This document shows positions 12,809 through 25,466 of a DNA stretch of 64,000 nucleotides, piece after piece. Numbering within the stretch: the stretch's first letter is position 1; every line of letters begins with the position of its first letter. The translations under genes were made by a program, and so were the position numbers. Below the pieces are notes generated by a model. It was not told the DNA's origin. It ran no database searches and saw only the letters and a program-made list of their open reading frames with translations. The stretch is from Isurus oxyrinchus (lineage: Eukaryota): contig JANJGN010000052.1 in NCBI GenBank assembly GCA_026770705.1, positions 1,116,001-1,180,000 on the forward strand. Direction: 5' to 3'.

Positions 12809-12848
12809 CTTGGAGAAGTGACAGGAGGCAGTAATATTTCCCAATTAT
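12809..12848 (-). pseudogene. Gene B leader exon with lost start codon (ATG>ATA)
   Basis: Reads GGACA ATA ATT GGG AAA TAT TAC where paralogs read ATG ATC/ATT; in-frame TAA upstream; donor intact. Confidence 0.75.
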
Positions 12849-13297
12849 TGTCCACTCCCAGATATTCCTTTAGCTTCTGACTCTCAAACTCTGAAAGAGA
12901 AAGGAGTTAATGAGACCTCACCTCTTGTCCGACAGCTCTCGAGAGATCAGAACTGCTTTTAGACAATGTCCTCTGAGACTAATTTGGTTCTCTGTGGGAT
13001 GACAGGTGCTCTGCAGAGAGTTAAAAAGCTTTAAAAAAATAAATCAATGAAGGACTTGCATTTCTATATCGCCTTTCACCACCTCAGGATGTCCCAAAGC
13101 TCATGTCCCTGCTCTTCCATCATCCCTTGAGCTAGAAAGATGTTCTGTACAACAGACTTGAGCCTCACACCCAGATCTCAATAATCAGTAGAAATCTTTC
13201 AAAGGCATCAATCATTGGAATCTGTCTTTATAAAGTCACAACATCAACAAAGGACGGTGTTGGTGGTGGAAGTGAATTCCAATCGTTCCGTTACTTA

Positions 13298-13440
13298 CCC
13301 AGGACCTGTCTGACTGCTCGCCTGGGGAGGAACTGCTCACACGCTCTGCTTGGGCTGAATGACCTCTTCCTGTGCTGCTCCCTCTGTGTATTTAATGAGA
13401 AAGGGTTGATGTGTCACTGTGAGACAAAATGAGGAAGTTG
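13298..13440 (-). promoter_or_regulatory. Gene B putative promoter and non-coding first exon
   Basis: Conserved module; AATGAGGAAGT PU.1-type site at about 13428-13438; gtaagt donor. Confidence 0.6.
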
Positions 13441-13679
13441 CATCAAAGTGACAGAACAGCTCGTGTTTTGAGTTTTTTGAAGCTGTTAACCCTTTGCGTT
13501 CTGGACTTGTGATGATATTTCTGCTCAAAAGCGGAAAGTCATTGACCAGGAATTCTCCTGTGGGACACTGGATTTCGAACCCTCTCTCTCTCTGAGTGAG
13601 AAGGTCGTCAGTTCGAAATTCATTTGGCAAAATTCAGGCTGGCAAACCAGACCGGCACTCGGTGTCAGGACTGAGAGTC

Positions 13680-13976
13680 CTGCACAGTCGGAGAGTCAGT
13701 ACTGAGGGAGTGTTGCACTGTTGGATGGTCAGCACTGACTTAGTGCTGCACTGTCGCAGGGTCTGTACTGCGAGTGTTGCACTCTGGGTGTGCCAGTGCT
13801 GAAGGAGTGCTGCACTGTCAGATGGTCAATGCTGAGGGAGCGCTACACTTTTCGAGCATCAGTACCTAGGGGCTGCTGCACTATCAGGGGCTCATGACTA
13901 AGGGACCACTGCACAGTCGGAGGGTCCGTACCCAGGGAATGCTGCACTGTCGCAGGCTCAGTACCGAGGGAGTGCA
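13680..13976. repeat. Degenerate 33-bp satellite array
   Basis: Diverged gagggagtgctgcactgtc units. Confidence 0.8.
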
Positions 13977-14005
13977 AACTAAAGTAGTGACAAGGGTTGA
14001 ATAAA

Positions 14006-17000
14006 CTGGTGATGAGGTGAAAAACAAGGAAGAAAAATCAAGGAATGAGAGCAAGGGAACTGAAATCCGGCTGTGCCTCACGCAGTGATTATAAATATAA
14101 TTTCCATCCTAATAACCGAAGCAGTCCCCTCGAAGAATGCTGCAGTTTGGAAGAGTTGATCCTTTCGACCCAACGGTGGGCGATTGGTCTCATTATGGTG
14201 AACTCCTTGCGTTCTTTTTCCAAGTGAATGACATTGATGGGGAGGAGAAGAGGCGAGCGACCCTCTTATCCACGTGTGGGAGTAAGACTTAGGGATTGAT
14301 GCGAACTTTAATGTCACCCGGTGCCATGGGTTCAAAAAGTTTAGATGATATAGTGAACCTTGTGAAGATTCCTTCCCAGCCCCAGCCCTCGGTAACGATG
14401 CAACGGTCCAAATTTAACTCAAGAAATAGAGTCCCAGGGGAGGCAGCTGCATGTTATGTGGAAAGTCTGAAAGAGTTAATAGGACATTGTGAGTTTGGTA
14501 AATCTATAAATGATATGCTGAGAGATCAACTGGTGTGCAGTATAAATGAAGATTCGATTCAGAAGAGATTACTGTCTGAAACAGATTTGGATATTCAGAA
14601 GGCTCTGGGAATAGCGCTGGCTATGGAAAGAGCAGTGAGGGACTCGAAAAACATATGGAGAGTGCAAAATGTCACCGTCCTCATGTTGGGTGAGGAGCCT
14701 CAGCCAAGAAGTGCGGGAAAATGTACAGCTCTGATGAGAAGCGGGAAACCTCCACCACTAGCAGCAAATAAAAAGGAATGACTTAGCAGAGAAAACATGG
14801 AATAATGGGAACAGAGGTGAAGCAGACAACATCGTAGTGAATGGAACTTTAAAAAAATCAATTGTTTTTACTGTCATCGAAACAGAGAGCCCATGAGAGA
14901 TTGCAAGGATAGAATCAGGCAGAGTTTCAACCAAGAGAGAAAACCCTGTGAGATCCATAACATAGAAGAGCCTGAAGTAACAGATTCAGATAGTTATTCA
15001 TTGTATAATTTAAAGGTAGGAAGAACAGAGCCAATCTATGTAACAGTGAGGGTGAATGATAGAGCTCTCAGAATGGGGGTGGACACAGGAGCTAACACTA
15101 CGCTAATTGGTGAGCATACTTTCAAATACTGGAATCATGGGGAAAGTCAATTAAATTTGGAAGAAACAGATGACTAACTGAAAACTTACACGTGAGAAGA
15201 CATTCAAGCCAAAGACATAAGCAGGGTTATTATAAAGTATGGAAGTCAATCAGTAAAATGACCCTTGATGATGGGAGCTGGTGAGGGACCAAGCCTCCTT
15301 GGACGAAACTGGCTGAAAGATATTAAGCTGGATTGGTCTGAGATCTTCCAACTGAGAGCCAGTGGGCTACCTGAGCTACTACAAAAATACATCTCAGTTT
15401 TCCAAGATGAACTCGGGGAGATCCAGGGGCTGCAAGCAAAAATTCATGTGGATCCAGACTCTACCCCTCTGATTTATGAAGGCACGGCCAGTACCTTATG
15501 CAATGTGGGAAAAGGCAGATGCTGAATTGGGCAGGTTCTAGAAACTGGGAGTGATACAATCTGTGCAGTCCTCAGAATGGGCAGCACCAATAGTCCCTGT
15601 ACCTGAGCCTGGCCAAAGTGTTTGTGGAGATGACAAGAATTGACTGGAACGGCCTACACGGAGCTGATATGAGCCATGCTTATCAACAATTGGAGTTCGA
15701 GAAGGCCTCCCAGAAGTTTGTCACAATTAATACACACAAAGGGTTGTATCAATAAACCGGTTTGCCTTTCAGAGTCTCCTCTGCAGGATCACAGAGTCTT
15801 AATGGCACAGCAGGAGGCCATTCAGCCCATCGTGTCTGTCCCAGCTCTCCAAATGAGCATCATGACCTAGTGTCATTGCCCTGCCTTTCCCCATGCCCCT
15901 GCACCTTTTCTCTATCCAAATAATCATCTAATGCCCTCCTGAATGCCTCGATTGAACCTGCCTCCACAACACTTCCAGGCCGTGCATTCCAGGCCCAAAA
16001 CTTAGTTGTGTGAAAAAGTTTTTTCTTACGTCACATTTGCAACATCAGTCATGTTAAATGTCAGCGGGAAGGTGGAAAGGAGGCCAGGAAGACAGGAAAC
16101 TGGACATGACTGGCATAGTCATGACAGGAAGCTGACCGTAGGAGAGACGGTATATGTGAAGGATTTTATAGAAGGGCCAAAGTGGTCACCGGGTGAAATA
16201 AATGCAGCGATTGGAACTCTTTCTCACCATGTGAAAGTGGAAGACCGAGTCATATGGAGACATGTGGGTCATATAAGGAGGAGAGAAACAAAGTACCAAG
16301 AAACAATCCCACCAGTCTTCACGGCTGCGTCTATGTCTCCTGTTGAAAGACCTCAGCTGAGAACAGATGTGTCTGAAGGGTCCGTTGTACCTGCAAGAGT
16401 TGAGGAAACAGGTTTGCAGGTGTCCACCGAAGAAGCTGGTGTTGGGACAACATCAGAAAAGGAGACTCCTGACAAAGCATCTGAAGCTGTGGATCTGAGA
16501 CGTTCCAGACGCATAAGGAAACCCCCCAGAAAGACTGAATTTGTAAATTACTGATCTGTGTAAATCATTTGATACTTTGAGAAAATGGTAAAAGTAAGTG
16601 TAAAATGTGTTTCTGAGTAAAGGGGGAGGGTGGTGGTAATCTGATGTGTGATGTACCTTTAAGAAGAAGGTTACAATGGAAGATAACATGAGCTCAGTGT
16701 TGTGGTGTGTTCTCAGAATCAACCTCAGGCCTGGCTAAAAACAGAACTCTACCCATTACAGGGAAACCATCTTTTTTGTTCACAGAGTTAGTCACGTACA
16801 CATTGGGTTATTTAAATTCAAATCTTGTCAGTACATAATCACATAATAAGCATATGTTCCCAGTCCCAGGTACATATCTGCTCCTTACCCAAGCAAGAAC
16901 TGTTTATCTCGTTCTAGCCTGGTGCCGTTTGCCTTTACCTTATCTGTTTACCCTCAGCATCTCTTTATGTCTCTTCTCGAGTTAATCCCTCGTGATCTTC

Positions 17001-17340
17001 AAGGCCTTTCTGGAGAGTTCTGCTGATGTCAGCCCCATGGTGCACAAGGTTCACCTGGAGAATTCTGCTGACCTTTGGTTTTCACTAATAGAAGTCCCTG
17101 TTTAACTCTTATATCAGTGTCCAACAGCCGAGTGGCGCAGGTACCTCAGTAGTCGGTCACCTTTGGTTAGAGCCTGTAATGCAGAGACAGGGCTTGAGTT
17201 GAAAGCACACAAGTGTAGCTGCTGAGTTCCTTTGTAAATAAGCAGAATGTGTTTCATCTAAGAACTGTCTGCTGATCTACTCTGTCTATTGTACCTACTC
17301 AGCCTCTCCAAAACAAGCCTGGATCCATAAGTCCCAACAA
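14006..17340 (+). mobile_element. Decayed Ty3/Gypsy LTR retrotransposon (gag, protease, RT and integrase fragments, probable 3' LTR)
   Basis: PBS-like tggtgatgagg at 14007; gag-like CEFG...LRDQLVC...IQKRLL; protease VDTGA and LLGRNWL; WAAPIVPV-like RT start; integrase C-terminus; polypurine tract aaaggggaggg at about 16619. Right boundary uncertain. Confidence 0.8.
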
Positions 17341-17470
17341 ACTCGTGACCAGCATCCAACAGTATCAATAATTAATGTATGTATTGTGGGTGGAATTTTC
17401 GATTTGGATCAATAATACTAAACACTGATCACTCTGATTGTCACTCTGATCATTTCTGTTTCTATTACAG

Positions 17471-17587
17471 CAGAAAGATGAGAAGGATCTGGAAATGAAA
17501 TCTAACCGCGGAGTCAATCCTGATACAGATGATGATCTTTACGCAAACTGTGAATTTGCTGAGGATTCTGTTTATGGGAATTTATAA
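17471..17587 (+). other. Orphan terminal cytoplasmic exon of an immune receptor, QKDEKDLEMKSNRGVNPDTDDDLYANCEFAEDSVYGNL*
   Basis: Pyrimidine tract and tattacag acceptor; 38 codons to TAA; two acidic-context tyrosine motifs, C-terminal SVYGNL fits the ITIM consensus; AATAAA at 18361. No upstream partner exon recognised. Confidence 0.55.
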
Positions 17588-18699
17588 ACTGAGCAAGAAT
17601 GAGACACACACAGTGTGGGGAGAATACAGAACGGGAGAATCATTCAAAACTCCAATTTACCTTCCTAATATCCACAGGAACTCACTCCCAGGAAATAGAT
17701 TTAAACCTCTTGTTACAATCTGATGGAATTTCTTTGGAATGATCTATCCAGGATGATTGTCTGTGGGTTTCAATTCGAACATCCTCCTTCAGAATTGTCC
17801 CTCACTGTTGGAAACATCCTTCTCTCCAATCTGATTGTAAATGTCTTTAGATATCGTTCGATGATGTACCAGGACAGAACGGACAAATTCAATCCCGTGT
17901 CCTTGATTATGAGTTAATTTTCATTCTGTTATTCACCTTCCTGTCTGTCAGTGTTTACAGAATATTCACCAGCCAGTGTAGATTTCAGGGAATGCAGGAA
18001 CGGTGGATAATTGGAGCAGAAGAGATTGGTAAAATTTACTCAGCATTTTGTAGTCAAATGTATTTTCAGATATATATTTGGATTTTACACTTCATCGTTA
18101 AAGAGCAAAACCATCAGCAATCCCGGAAACAGGGAAACAATTTGATTGGAGATTTGAGAAATTCTCTGCAGCTCAGAGGATAACAGATGTGATACAGTGC
18201 CACCACTGGTGGCAGGACATCATTTCAGCGTGACATGTTTACATTGATGTTGCCAATGAACATAGGAAATTATGATGTGAAAAATTGGTTGCAGGTTTAA
18301 CTTCTTCAATATGTCATGGATGGATGAGACAGCTTTGACAACAGAATGAGATATAGCTGCAATAAACCATCATTTTAGTCTTTCACTCTTGGAGAGTACA
18401 ATAAGCATCCATCCTGAAGGCTGAGTGGATGGGTGGACTGTGCGATGTGTTACAGATCACAGAGACCAACATCCTTGATCCTGGTTCTGCTCTGTGTTTG
18501 ATGAGATACTTGGATAAAAGATTGGGAAAATAAATAATCCTCCGGCATTAACCTGTAACTGGTCTCTCCTTCTGTCAATGTCCTGAGGACAGAATTGGGT
18601 TCGAGGTCCAATCAGACATTCTTTGACTGCCCATTGAATAGGAACAGGAGGAGGCCATTCAGCCTCCTCGAACCTGCTACACAGGAACAAGAGGGCACC

Positions 18700-18915
18700 T
18701 GATACAAAAACAGAAAATGCTGGAGAAACTGAGTAGGTCTGGCAGCATCTGTGCAGAGATAAACAGAATTAGCATTTTGTGTCCTTATGACCCTTCTTCA
18801 GAGTCTATAAGCAAAAACTCTGTTTCTCTCTCCACAGCTGCTACCAGACCTGCTGAGTTAATGCAGCATTTTCTGTTTTTATTTCAGATTTACAGCATCT
18901 GCAGTATTTATTTTT
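18700..18915. mobile_element. Penelope-like inverted-repeat remnant
   Basis: aaaaacagaaaatgctg...ggtctggcagc / gctaccagacctgctgag...cagcattttctgttttt inverted arms. Confidence 0.65.
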
Positions 18916-18919
18916 AATG

Positions 18920-20290
18920 ACAGGAGGACATTCAGCCTCTTGATCCTGTTACACAGGAACAGCAGGAGGCCATTCAGCCCCCTCGAGCCTGTTACACAGG
19001 AACAGGAGGAGGCACATTCAGCCCCTCGAGCCTGTTACACAGGAACAGGAGGAGGCCCATTCAGCCCCCTCGAGCCTGTTACACAGGAACAGGAAGAGGC
19101 CCATTCAGCCTCTTGATCCTGTTACACAGGAACAGGAGGAGGCCCATTCAGCCCCCTCGAGCTTGTTACACAGGAACAGGAGGAGGCCCATTCAGCCCCT
19201 CGAGCCTGTTACACAGGAACAGGAGGAGGCCCATTCAGCCCCCTCGAGCCTGTTACACAGGAACAGGAAGAGGCCCATTCAGCCTCTTGATCCTGTTACA
19301 CAGGAACAGGAGGAGGCCCATTCAGCCCCCTCGAGCTTGTTACACAGGAACAGGAGGAGGCCCATTCATTCCCTCAAGCCTGTTACACAGGAACAGGAGG
19401 AGGACCATTCAGCCACTCAAGCCTGTTACATGAGGACAGGAGAAAGCCCATCAGCCTCTTGAGCCTATTATACAGGAACAGGAAAAGGACATTTAGTCCC
19501 TCAACACCCTTCCACAGGAACAGGAGAGAGTCTCAGCTCCTCGAGCCTGTTACCCAGGAACAGGAAGAGGACATTCAGTCTCTCAACCCACTTACACAGG
19601 AATAGGAAACCCATTCAGTCCCTCGTGCCTGTTACACAGAAAAAGGAGGAGGCCCATTCTGTTCCCTCGAGCCTGTTACACAGGAACAGGAGGAGGCCCA
19701 TTCTGTCCCCTTGAGCCTGTTACACAGGTACAGGAGACCCATTCAGCCTCCACAAGCTTGTTACACAGGAACATTAGGGGCTCCATTTAGCCCCATCAAG
19801 CCTGTTACACAGGAACAGGAGGAGGCCCATTCAGCCACTCAAGCCTGTTAGATAGGAACAGGTGGAGGCCCATTCAGCCCCATGATGCTGTTACACAGAA
19901 ACAGGAGGAGGCCCATTCTGTCCCCTTGAACCTGTTACACAGGAACAGGAGGCGGCCCATTCAGACCATCTAACCTGTAACACAGGAAAACAAGGAGATC
20001 CATTCAGCCTCTTGAGCCTGTTACACAGGAACAGGAGGAGGCCTATTCGGACACTCGAGCCTGTTACACAAGGACAGGGGGAGGGCATTCAGCACCTGGA
20101 GCCTGTTACACAGGAATAGGAGGAGGCACATTCAGCCCTGCCAAAGACTGTTACACAGGAACAGGGGGAGGCTTAATCAGCCACACAATCATGTCACACT
20201 GGAACAGGAGGAGGCCCATTTAGACCCCTCGAGCCTGTTACACAGGAACAGGAGGAGGCCCATTCAAACCCTCGAGCTTGTTGCATATGA
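18920..20290. repeat. Minisatellite of about 43-44 bp (CCTGTTACACAGGAACAGGAGGAGGCCCATTCAGCCCCTCGAG), roughly 30 copies
   Basis: Visible tandem periodicity; the unit resembles the reverse complement of the CR1 3' tail. Confidence 0.95.
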
Positions 20291-20387
20291 ACAGTCGATG
20301 GCCCTTCAACCACATTATTGGCACGCAAAGGGTTAACAGTTTTCTAACAGTGCGAGGCAAAGAGTTGCTTTCTCACTTGGTACCAAG

Positions 20388-20528
20388 CACTTCCTCATTT
20401 TGACTCACAGTGACACATGCACCCTTTTTAATTAAACACAAATAGGGAGCAGCACAGGAAGAGGTCATTCAGCCCAAGCAGAGCGTATGGGCAGTTCCTC
20501 CCCAGGCGAGCAGTCGGACAGGTCCTGG
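20388..20528 (+). promoter_or_regulatory. Gene C putative promoter and non-coding first exon
   Basis: CACTTCCTCATT (PU.1-type) at 20388, adjacent TGACTCA (AP-1-type), GG/gtaagt donor. Confidence 0.6.
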
Positions 20529-20862
20529 GTAAGTAACGGAACGATTGGAATTCACTTCCACCACCAACACCGTCCTTTGTTGATGTTGTGACTTTATAAA
20601 GACAGATTCCAATGATTGATGCCTTTGAAAGATTTCTACTGATTATTGAGATCTGGGTGTGAGGCTCAAGTCTGTTGTACAGAACATCTTTCTAGCTCAA
20701 GGGATGAGGGAAGTGCAGAGACATGAGATTTGGGGGCGTCCTGAGGTGGTGAAAGGTGCTATAGAAATGCAAGTCTTTCATTGTTTTTCTTTTTCAAGCC
20801 TTGTAACTCACTGCAGAGCACCTATCATCCCACAGAGAATCAAATTAGTCTGTGAAGACATT

Positions 20863-21500
20863 GGGCTGAATTTCCAGCCTGTCGAGCGGGTGGGCCTGAC
20901 CCAATCTCCAGCGGGCGGGGAGCCAATCCCCACCGGAGAAGCGGGCCCCGCCGCCATTTTAAGTGGGCGTGCCAATTAAGGCCCACCCAGCGTGATGTCC
21001 AGCGGGAAGCGCTATGCCCTTCCTGTGTGGGCCGGGGGTGGGGGGTGGGTGGTGGGGACATTCCCCAAATGCGAGAGTGCGCTCTGTCACACATGCGCAT
21101 GATAAAGCCCACATCACCCTGAGGCTAAGTGCTGCCTCAGGGAGATCGCTGAAAGGTTTTCAAACAATCAAAATAGAAAAATAAAAAAATCCTCAACATG
21201 TCCCCCTCACGTGACAGTGTCACTCAAGATGGGACATGTTAATAAACTGCACCAAAACTTTAATAAACTCTTTTAAAACCGACATGAATCCTCGTCCCGC
21301 CGGTGGATGAGGTTTCATGTTTTCTCTAGTTGTCGCTGGAGCTCCTGCCCTGCCCACCAGCCTTAAGGTTGGACCGGCAGGTCGGTTCATTGTTTAAATG
21401 TTCCTGTCAATGGCTTCAATTGGCCATTGACAGGTCGGCGGGCCCTCAGCTGAATTCACTGCACCCCTGCCCCCTGCTCACCGACAGCGAAACTCTGCCC
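20863..21500. mobile_element. Non-autonomous DNA transposon (MITE), probably PIF/Harbinger-type, 638 bp
   Basis: Termini GGGCTGAATTT...AAACTCTGCCC (imperfect TIR); 3-bp ATT target-site duplication; the five paralogs retain the empty site (e.g. gaagacattgtctaaaag). Confidence 0.8.
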
Positions 21501-21619
21501 ATTGTCTAAAAGCAGTTCTGATCTCTGGAGAGCTGTCGGACAAGAGGTGAGGTCTCATTAACTCCTTTCTCTTTCACAGCTTGAGAGTGAGAAGCTGATG
21601 AAATATCTGGGAATGGACA

Positions 21620-21651
21620 ATGATCTTACTTCCTCCTGTCAGTTCTCCAAG
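21620..21651 (+). pseudogene. Gene C broken leader exon
   Basis: 8-nt deletion after ATGATC (frameshift) and donor GT>CT (caag/ctaata). Confidence 0.8.
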
Positions 21652-21879
21652 CTAATATCATCGTCAGCTCGGACAGATTTATGGTTAATAGTCTTTGTAA
21701 AAGATCATTCTTATTGAGCTGTGATTGGGAACCGATTCAGCAGTGAGCCAGTGTACAAACTCACACCAAGTCCCATTCACCCATCACCCCTGTGATCACT
21801 GATATTCACTGACTCCCTGTCTGACAGCAACAGAAAATTAAAATCCAGGTCATCCTGTAGAAATCCCTCCAAAATTTTG

Positions 21880-22200
21880 CAACTCTCCCTATCCATGTTA
21901 CCTCCTCCAGCCCATACCAACCTCCCTATCTCTGTAACATCTTCCAGCACATATATTACTCCCTACCTCTGTAACCTTGCCCTGCTCCTACAATCCTCCC
22001 TATCTCAGTAACCTCCTCCAGCCCCTACCACTCTCCCTAACTCTTTAACCAACTCCAGCCCCTATATCCTTCGCTATCTCTGTTAATTTCTCCAGCCCCT
22101 ACAAACCTCCCTTTCTCTGTAACCTCGTCCACCATTACAACCCTCCCTATTTCTGTAATCTCCTCCAGTACCTACAACCCTCCGAGATCTCTGCACTCCT
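21880..22200. repeat. Degenerate minisatellite of about 38 bp (ctccctatctctgtaacctcctccagcccctacaac)
   Basis: Tandem units; single related units occur near 1790, 12570 and 33170. Confidence 0.8.
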
Positions 22201-22747
22201 CCAATTCCAGCATCTTGACCATCCCCCGATTCCCATCATTCCATTATTGGCGGCCGTGCCTTCAGCTGCCTGGGCCCCGAGCTCTGGAATTCAAAATCAA
22301 AATTCAGGGATGAATTAACTCCAATAGTCCATTCCCTGAGAGGCCATGATTACATCACAGCAGCATTCAGAATAGACAGAGGGTCCAGCCCTCACACTTC
22401 TTGCACAGTTTCACCATAACGAAATGAATTAACTGAAAGGTAAACCGTCAGTGTAGAGAGATGAGATATTTACACAGTTTCCCTGTGTATCTTGTAGACA
22501 CTGTGTTGGGTGGAAGACTGGCTTCACTAAACAGGGTCCTGAGGACTATGAGCCAATGTAGAATGAACTTGTCCACTCCTGTGTCCAGGATTCTCTTCTA
22601 TCCATTGTGATACATTGGGGAGATCCCTGTGTGTCCTGTAGATGGTCCACACTGCAGCCACTGTGCCCCAGTGATGGAGGGGGTGGATATCGAGTCTAGT
22701 GGATCTACAAACCATCCAGAGTTAAATATTGATATTTCTCTCCCCAG

Positions 22748-23113
22748 TTGGACTGTCACAAGAGTGGAAAGGTGACACTCCATGAGAGGTGACAGCGCAG
22801 GAATATTCGTGTGTACAGATTCCATGTCATTACAGTTATCCATCGTGTCTGGAAAACCAACCACAAATTGGAATCTGGTTTAATGACAAAGTCCTGATAA
22901 GATTCTTTATAGCCTTTCACTCCAAGGATCACAGTCACGAGTTACCACTGTTCCGGCATCGGACCCGGCTGTCTGGAGACCTGAAAGATGGTGACTGTTC
23001 ACTGATTATAAACAACATCAGATGGGAAGATGCAGGACCTTATTTTTTCAGAATAAAATTTGACAATGGTCCAAGCCATAACTATTACCCTGTAACCCAG
23101 CTTCAAGTTTCTG
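22748..23113 (+). pseudogene. Gene C V-set exon with premature stop
   Basis: CGA>TGA at 22783-22785 in frame; otherwise a Siglec V domain (YFFRIK); 366 nt. Confidence 0.88.
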
Positions 23114-23198
23114 GTATGTGCGGTGTTATAATTACTCAACATTCACATTCAACACTCAATGGGAATGAACACAAACTCTGACGTTTACATAATAACAC

Positions 23199-24243
23199 TG
23201 TTATGACATGGCAGGTGATGTGTGCCAGGTGGAGAGAATCCACAAAGGGAACTTGGCCAAGCTACCACAAAGGTTTTGCCATTTACATTTGTTGAGAGAA
23301 GGCTTATGATGTGAATGCATAAGAATTGAGTCCACTAACACCTTTAGATATTTTAAAATTATATTAAGAAATGTATTAACAAAAGAAGAAACATTCAAAC
23401 ACATACAGAAGATTACAGTTACTTGATATCAGAACAAATTCCAAAATTTCTCATTAACCTAATTTCCAACTACACACCCCCTTGAAGGCAACAATCCCAA
23501 TAAATCTTAAATGGAAATGGGAATCCGGCAAGGTTACTGCAGCACCCACTTGACAGTGTAATTCCAAAGTCTTTTAACACACCTATAAGCACTGGAGCAG
23601 CAAAAGTGAACAGAAACGTTTTACCTAAAAGGATCCATTCCCTGTCTGTTAGATTTCACAGATCAACCCACGATATTCCCTGCTGAAATTATTGCAGGAA
23701 AGCGTGTGGATGTAAGCTGCACCTTCAACACAACGTGCAATGGAACAGCAGCACCTGTCTTCACCTACTGTACCTTTCAAGAAATTCATGTCCCCCTCCC
23801 ACATAACATTCCATCCTTCTTTATGTTGGTTTCTCTCTCTCCAATGTATAAAATCCCATTGTTGCACCTGTCTTGGGAAATACACTTTTCCCATAGTATA
23901 AAAATCTTTCATGTTGTCAATATGGCCCATTCCTTTTGGGAAGAATACACATAATAACCTTGCCCTGGTTATCTTGTTAATTATAAACACCCAACTACCC
24001 TTTGACAATCAAACATTCTCTTTACTGATCTAAAATTTCATTTACAGCTTTTCTGTGGAACCCTCATCCTAGCTTGTCCATCCCCATTTCAGAAGTCTGC
24101 TTTGCACCAAACTCTATTGATAGTTTTAACCTCACAGTTGATCTGACTCGAATTCAATTAAATCAGACCCGCAGACGGAACCATCTACATTCATTCCCAT
24201 AAGCTGACAATATTATTCTGAAAAATATCATAGTTTCATCACA
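23199..24243. mobile_element. Solo-LTR-like insertion (TGTTATGA...TCATCACA) containing a partial copy of the C2 exon
   Basis: TG...CA termini with short inverted repeat; acac/acat flanks consistent with a 4-bp TSD; paralogs have the empty site taacacaaaacacag. Confidence 0.6.
23653..23766 (+). pseudogene. Truncated duplicate of the C2-set exon (5' portion only)
   Basis: Acceptor and DFTDQPTIFPAEII...TAAPVFT, after which homology ends. Confidence 0.85.
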
Positions 24244-24486
24244 ACATAAAACACAGTTTAGTATAACGCAGAGTCTGATTCTCAATAACCGGGTGATAGC
24301 ATCCGTTCAGTCCTAAAGCAACTTCTAATACTCACTTTAATATCAATGATTAAATGTATTCACTGTGTCCATCAATGTTATCAGGTCATCCACTCCCATC
24401 TATCTCTAATCTTAGGGCTGTGATTTCTATTTGAACTGATGCTTCACATTGTATTTCTCTAAAAGGATCCATTCTCTGTCTGTTAG

Positions 24487-24783
24487 ATTTCACAGATAAA
24501 CCCACGATATTCCCTGCTGAAATTATTGCAGGAAAGCCTGTGGATGTAAGCTGCACCTTCGACACAACGTGCAATGGAACAGCAGCACCTGTCTTAACCT
24601 GGGACACTCCCACTGACGTACCTGGATCAGTCTCAAACACTGTAACTCAGCATGGTGTCTCTCTGACCTATACTTCTGTTCTGACCCTGATCCCATCACT
24701 CAAACACCACGGACACACTCTCAGCTGCAGAGTGAGATATCCATCTGTTTCATCGGAGCGGACCCTCGTACTAACTGTGCAAG
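24487..24783 (+). pseudogene. Gene C second Ig (C2-set) exon, open but within a disabled gene
   Basis: 297 nt, intact splice sites, near-identical to the B/E/F exons; no third-Ig exon follows. Confidence 0.8.
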
Positions 24784-24994
24784 GTAAGATCGGACACCCT
24801 TCATTATACATTCGCTGGAACAGTCAAGATTACGCTCAGCAGGATCCCATAGAAAGGTATTCTGATGACAATCAGATAATCTGTCTTTGAGGGAAAATGG
24901 TGACCAGAATACAATTAATAACCGTTTCTGAACATTAACACAGCGGCTTTTATGTCCAGCCAAGGGGCTGATAGAGCAGAGCAGGAATCTCAAT

Positions 24995-25466
24995 GTACTC
25001 ACCCCCTGACAGTGCAGCACTCCCTCAGTACTGACCCTCTGAAAGTGCAGCACTCACTCAATACTGAACCTCTGACAGTACAACACTCCCTCAGTACTGA
25101 CCCTCCGACAGTGCAGCGCACTTTCAGTACTGAACCTCCAACAGTACAACACTCCCTCAGTACTGACCCTCCGACAGTGCGGCACTCCCTGAGGACTGTC
25201 CCACCGACAGTGCAGCACTCCATCAGTACTGACCCTCCAACAGCGCAACAATTCCTCAGTACTGTCCCTCTGACAGTGCAACACTCCCTCAAAACTGTCT
25301 CTCCGACAGATTAGCACTCCCTCGATACTGTCCCTCTGACAGTGTAGCACTCCCTCAGTACTGACCCTCCGACAGTGCTGCACTCCCTCAGTACTGTTCC
25401 TCTGACAGTGTAGCACTCCCTCAGTACTGACCCACTGACAGTGCAGCACTCCCTCAGTACTGACAC
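24995..25466. repeat. 33-bp satellite array
   Basis: Tandem 33-nt units. Confidence 0.95.

Noticed and set aside
18920-20290. CRISPR-like regular repeats
   Set aside because: Units are contiguous with no unique spacers; eukaryotic context, no cas genes.
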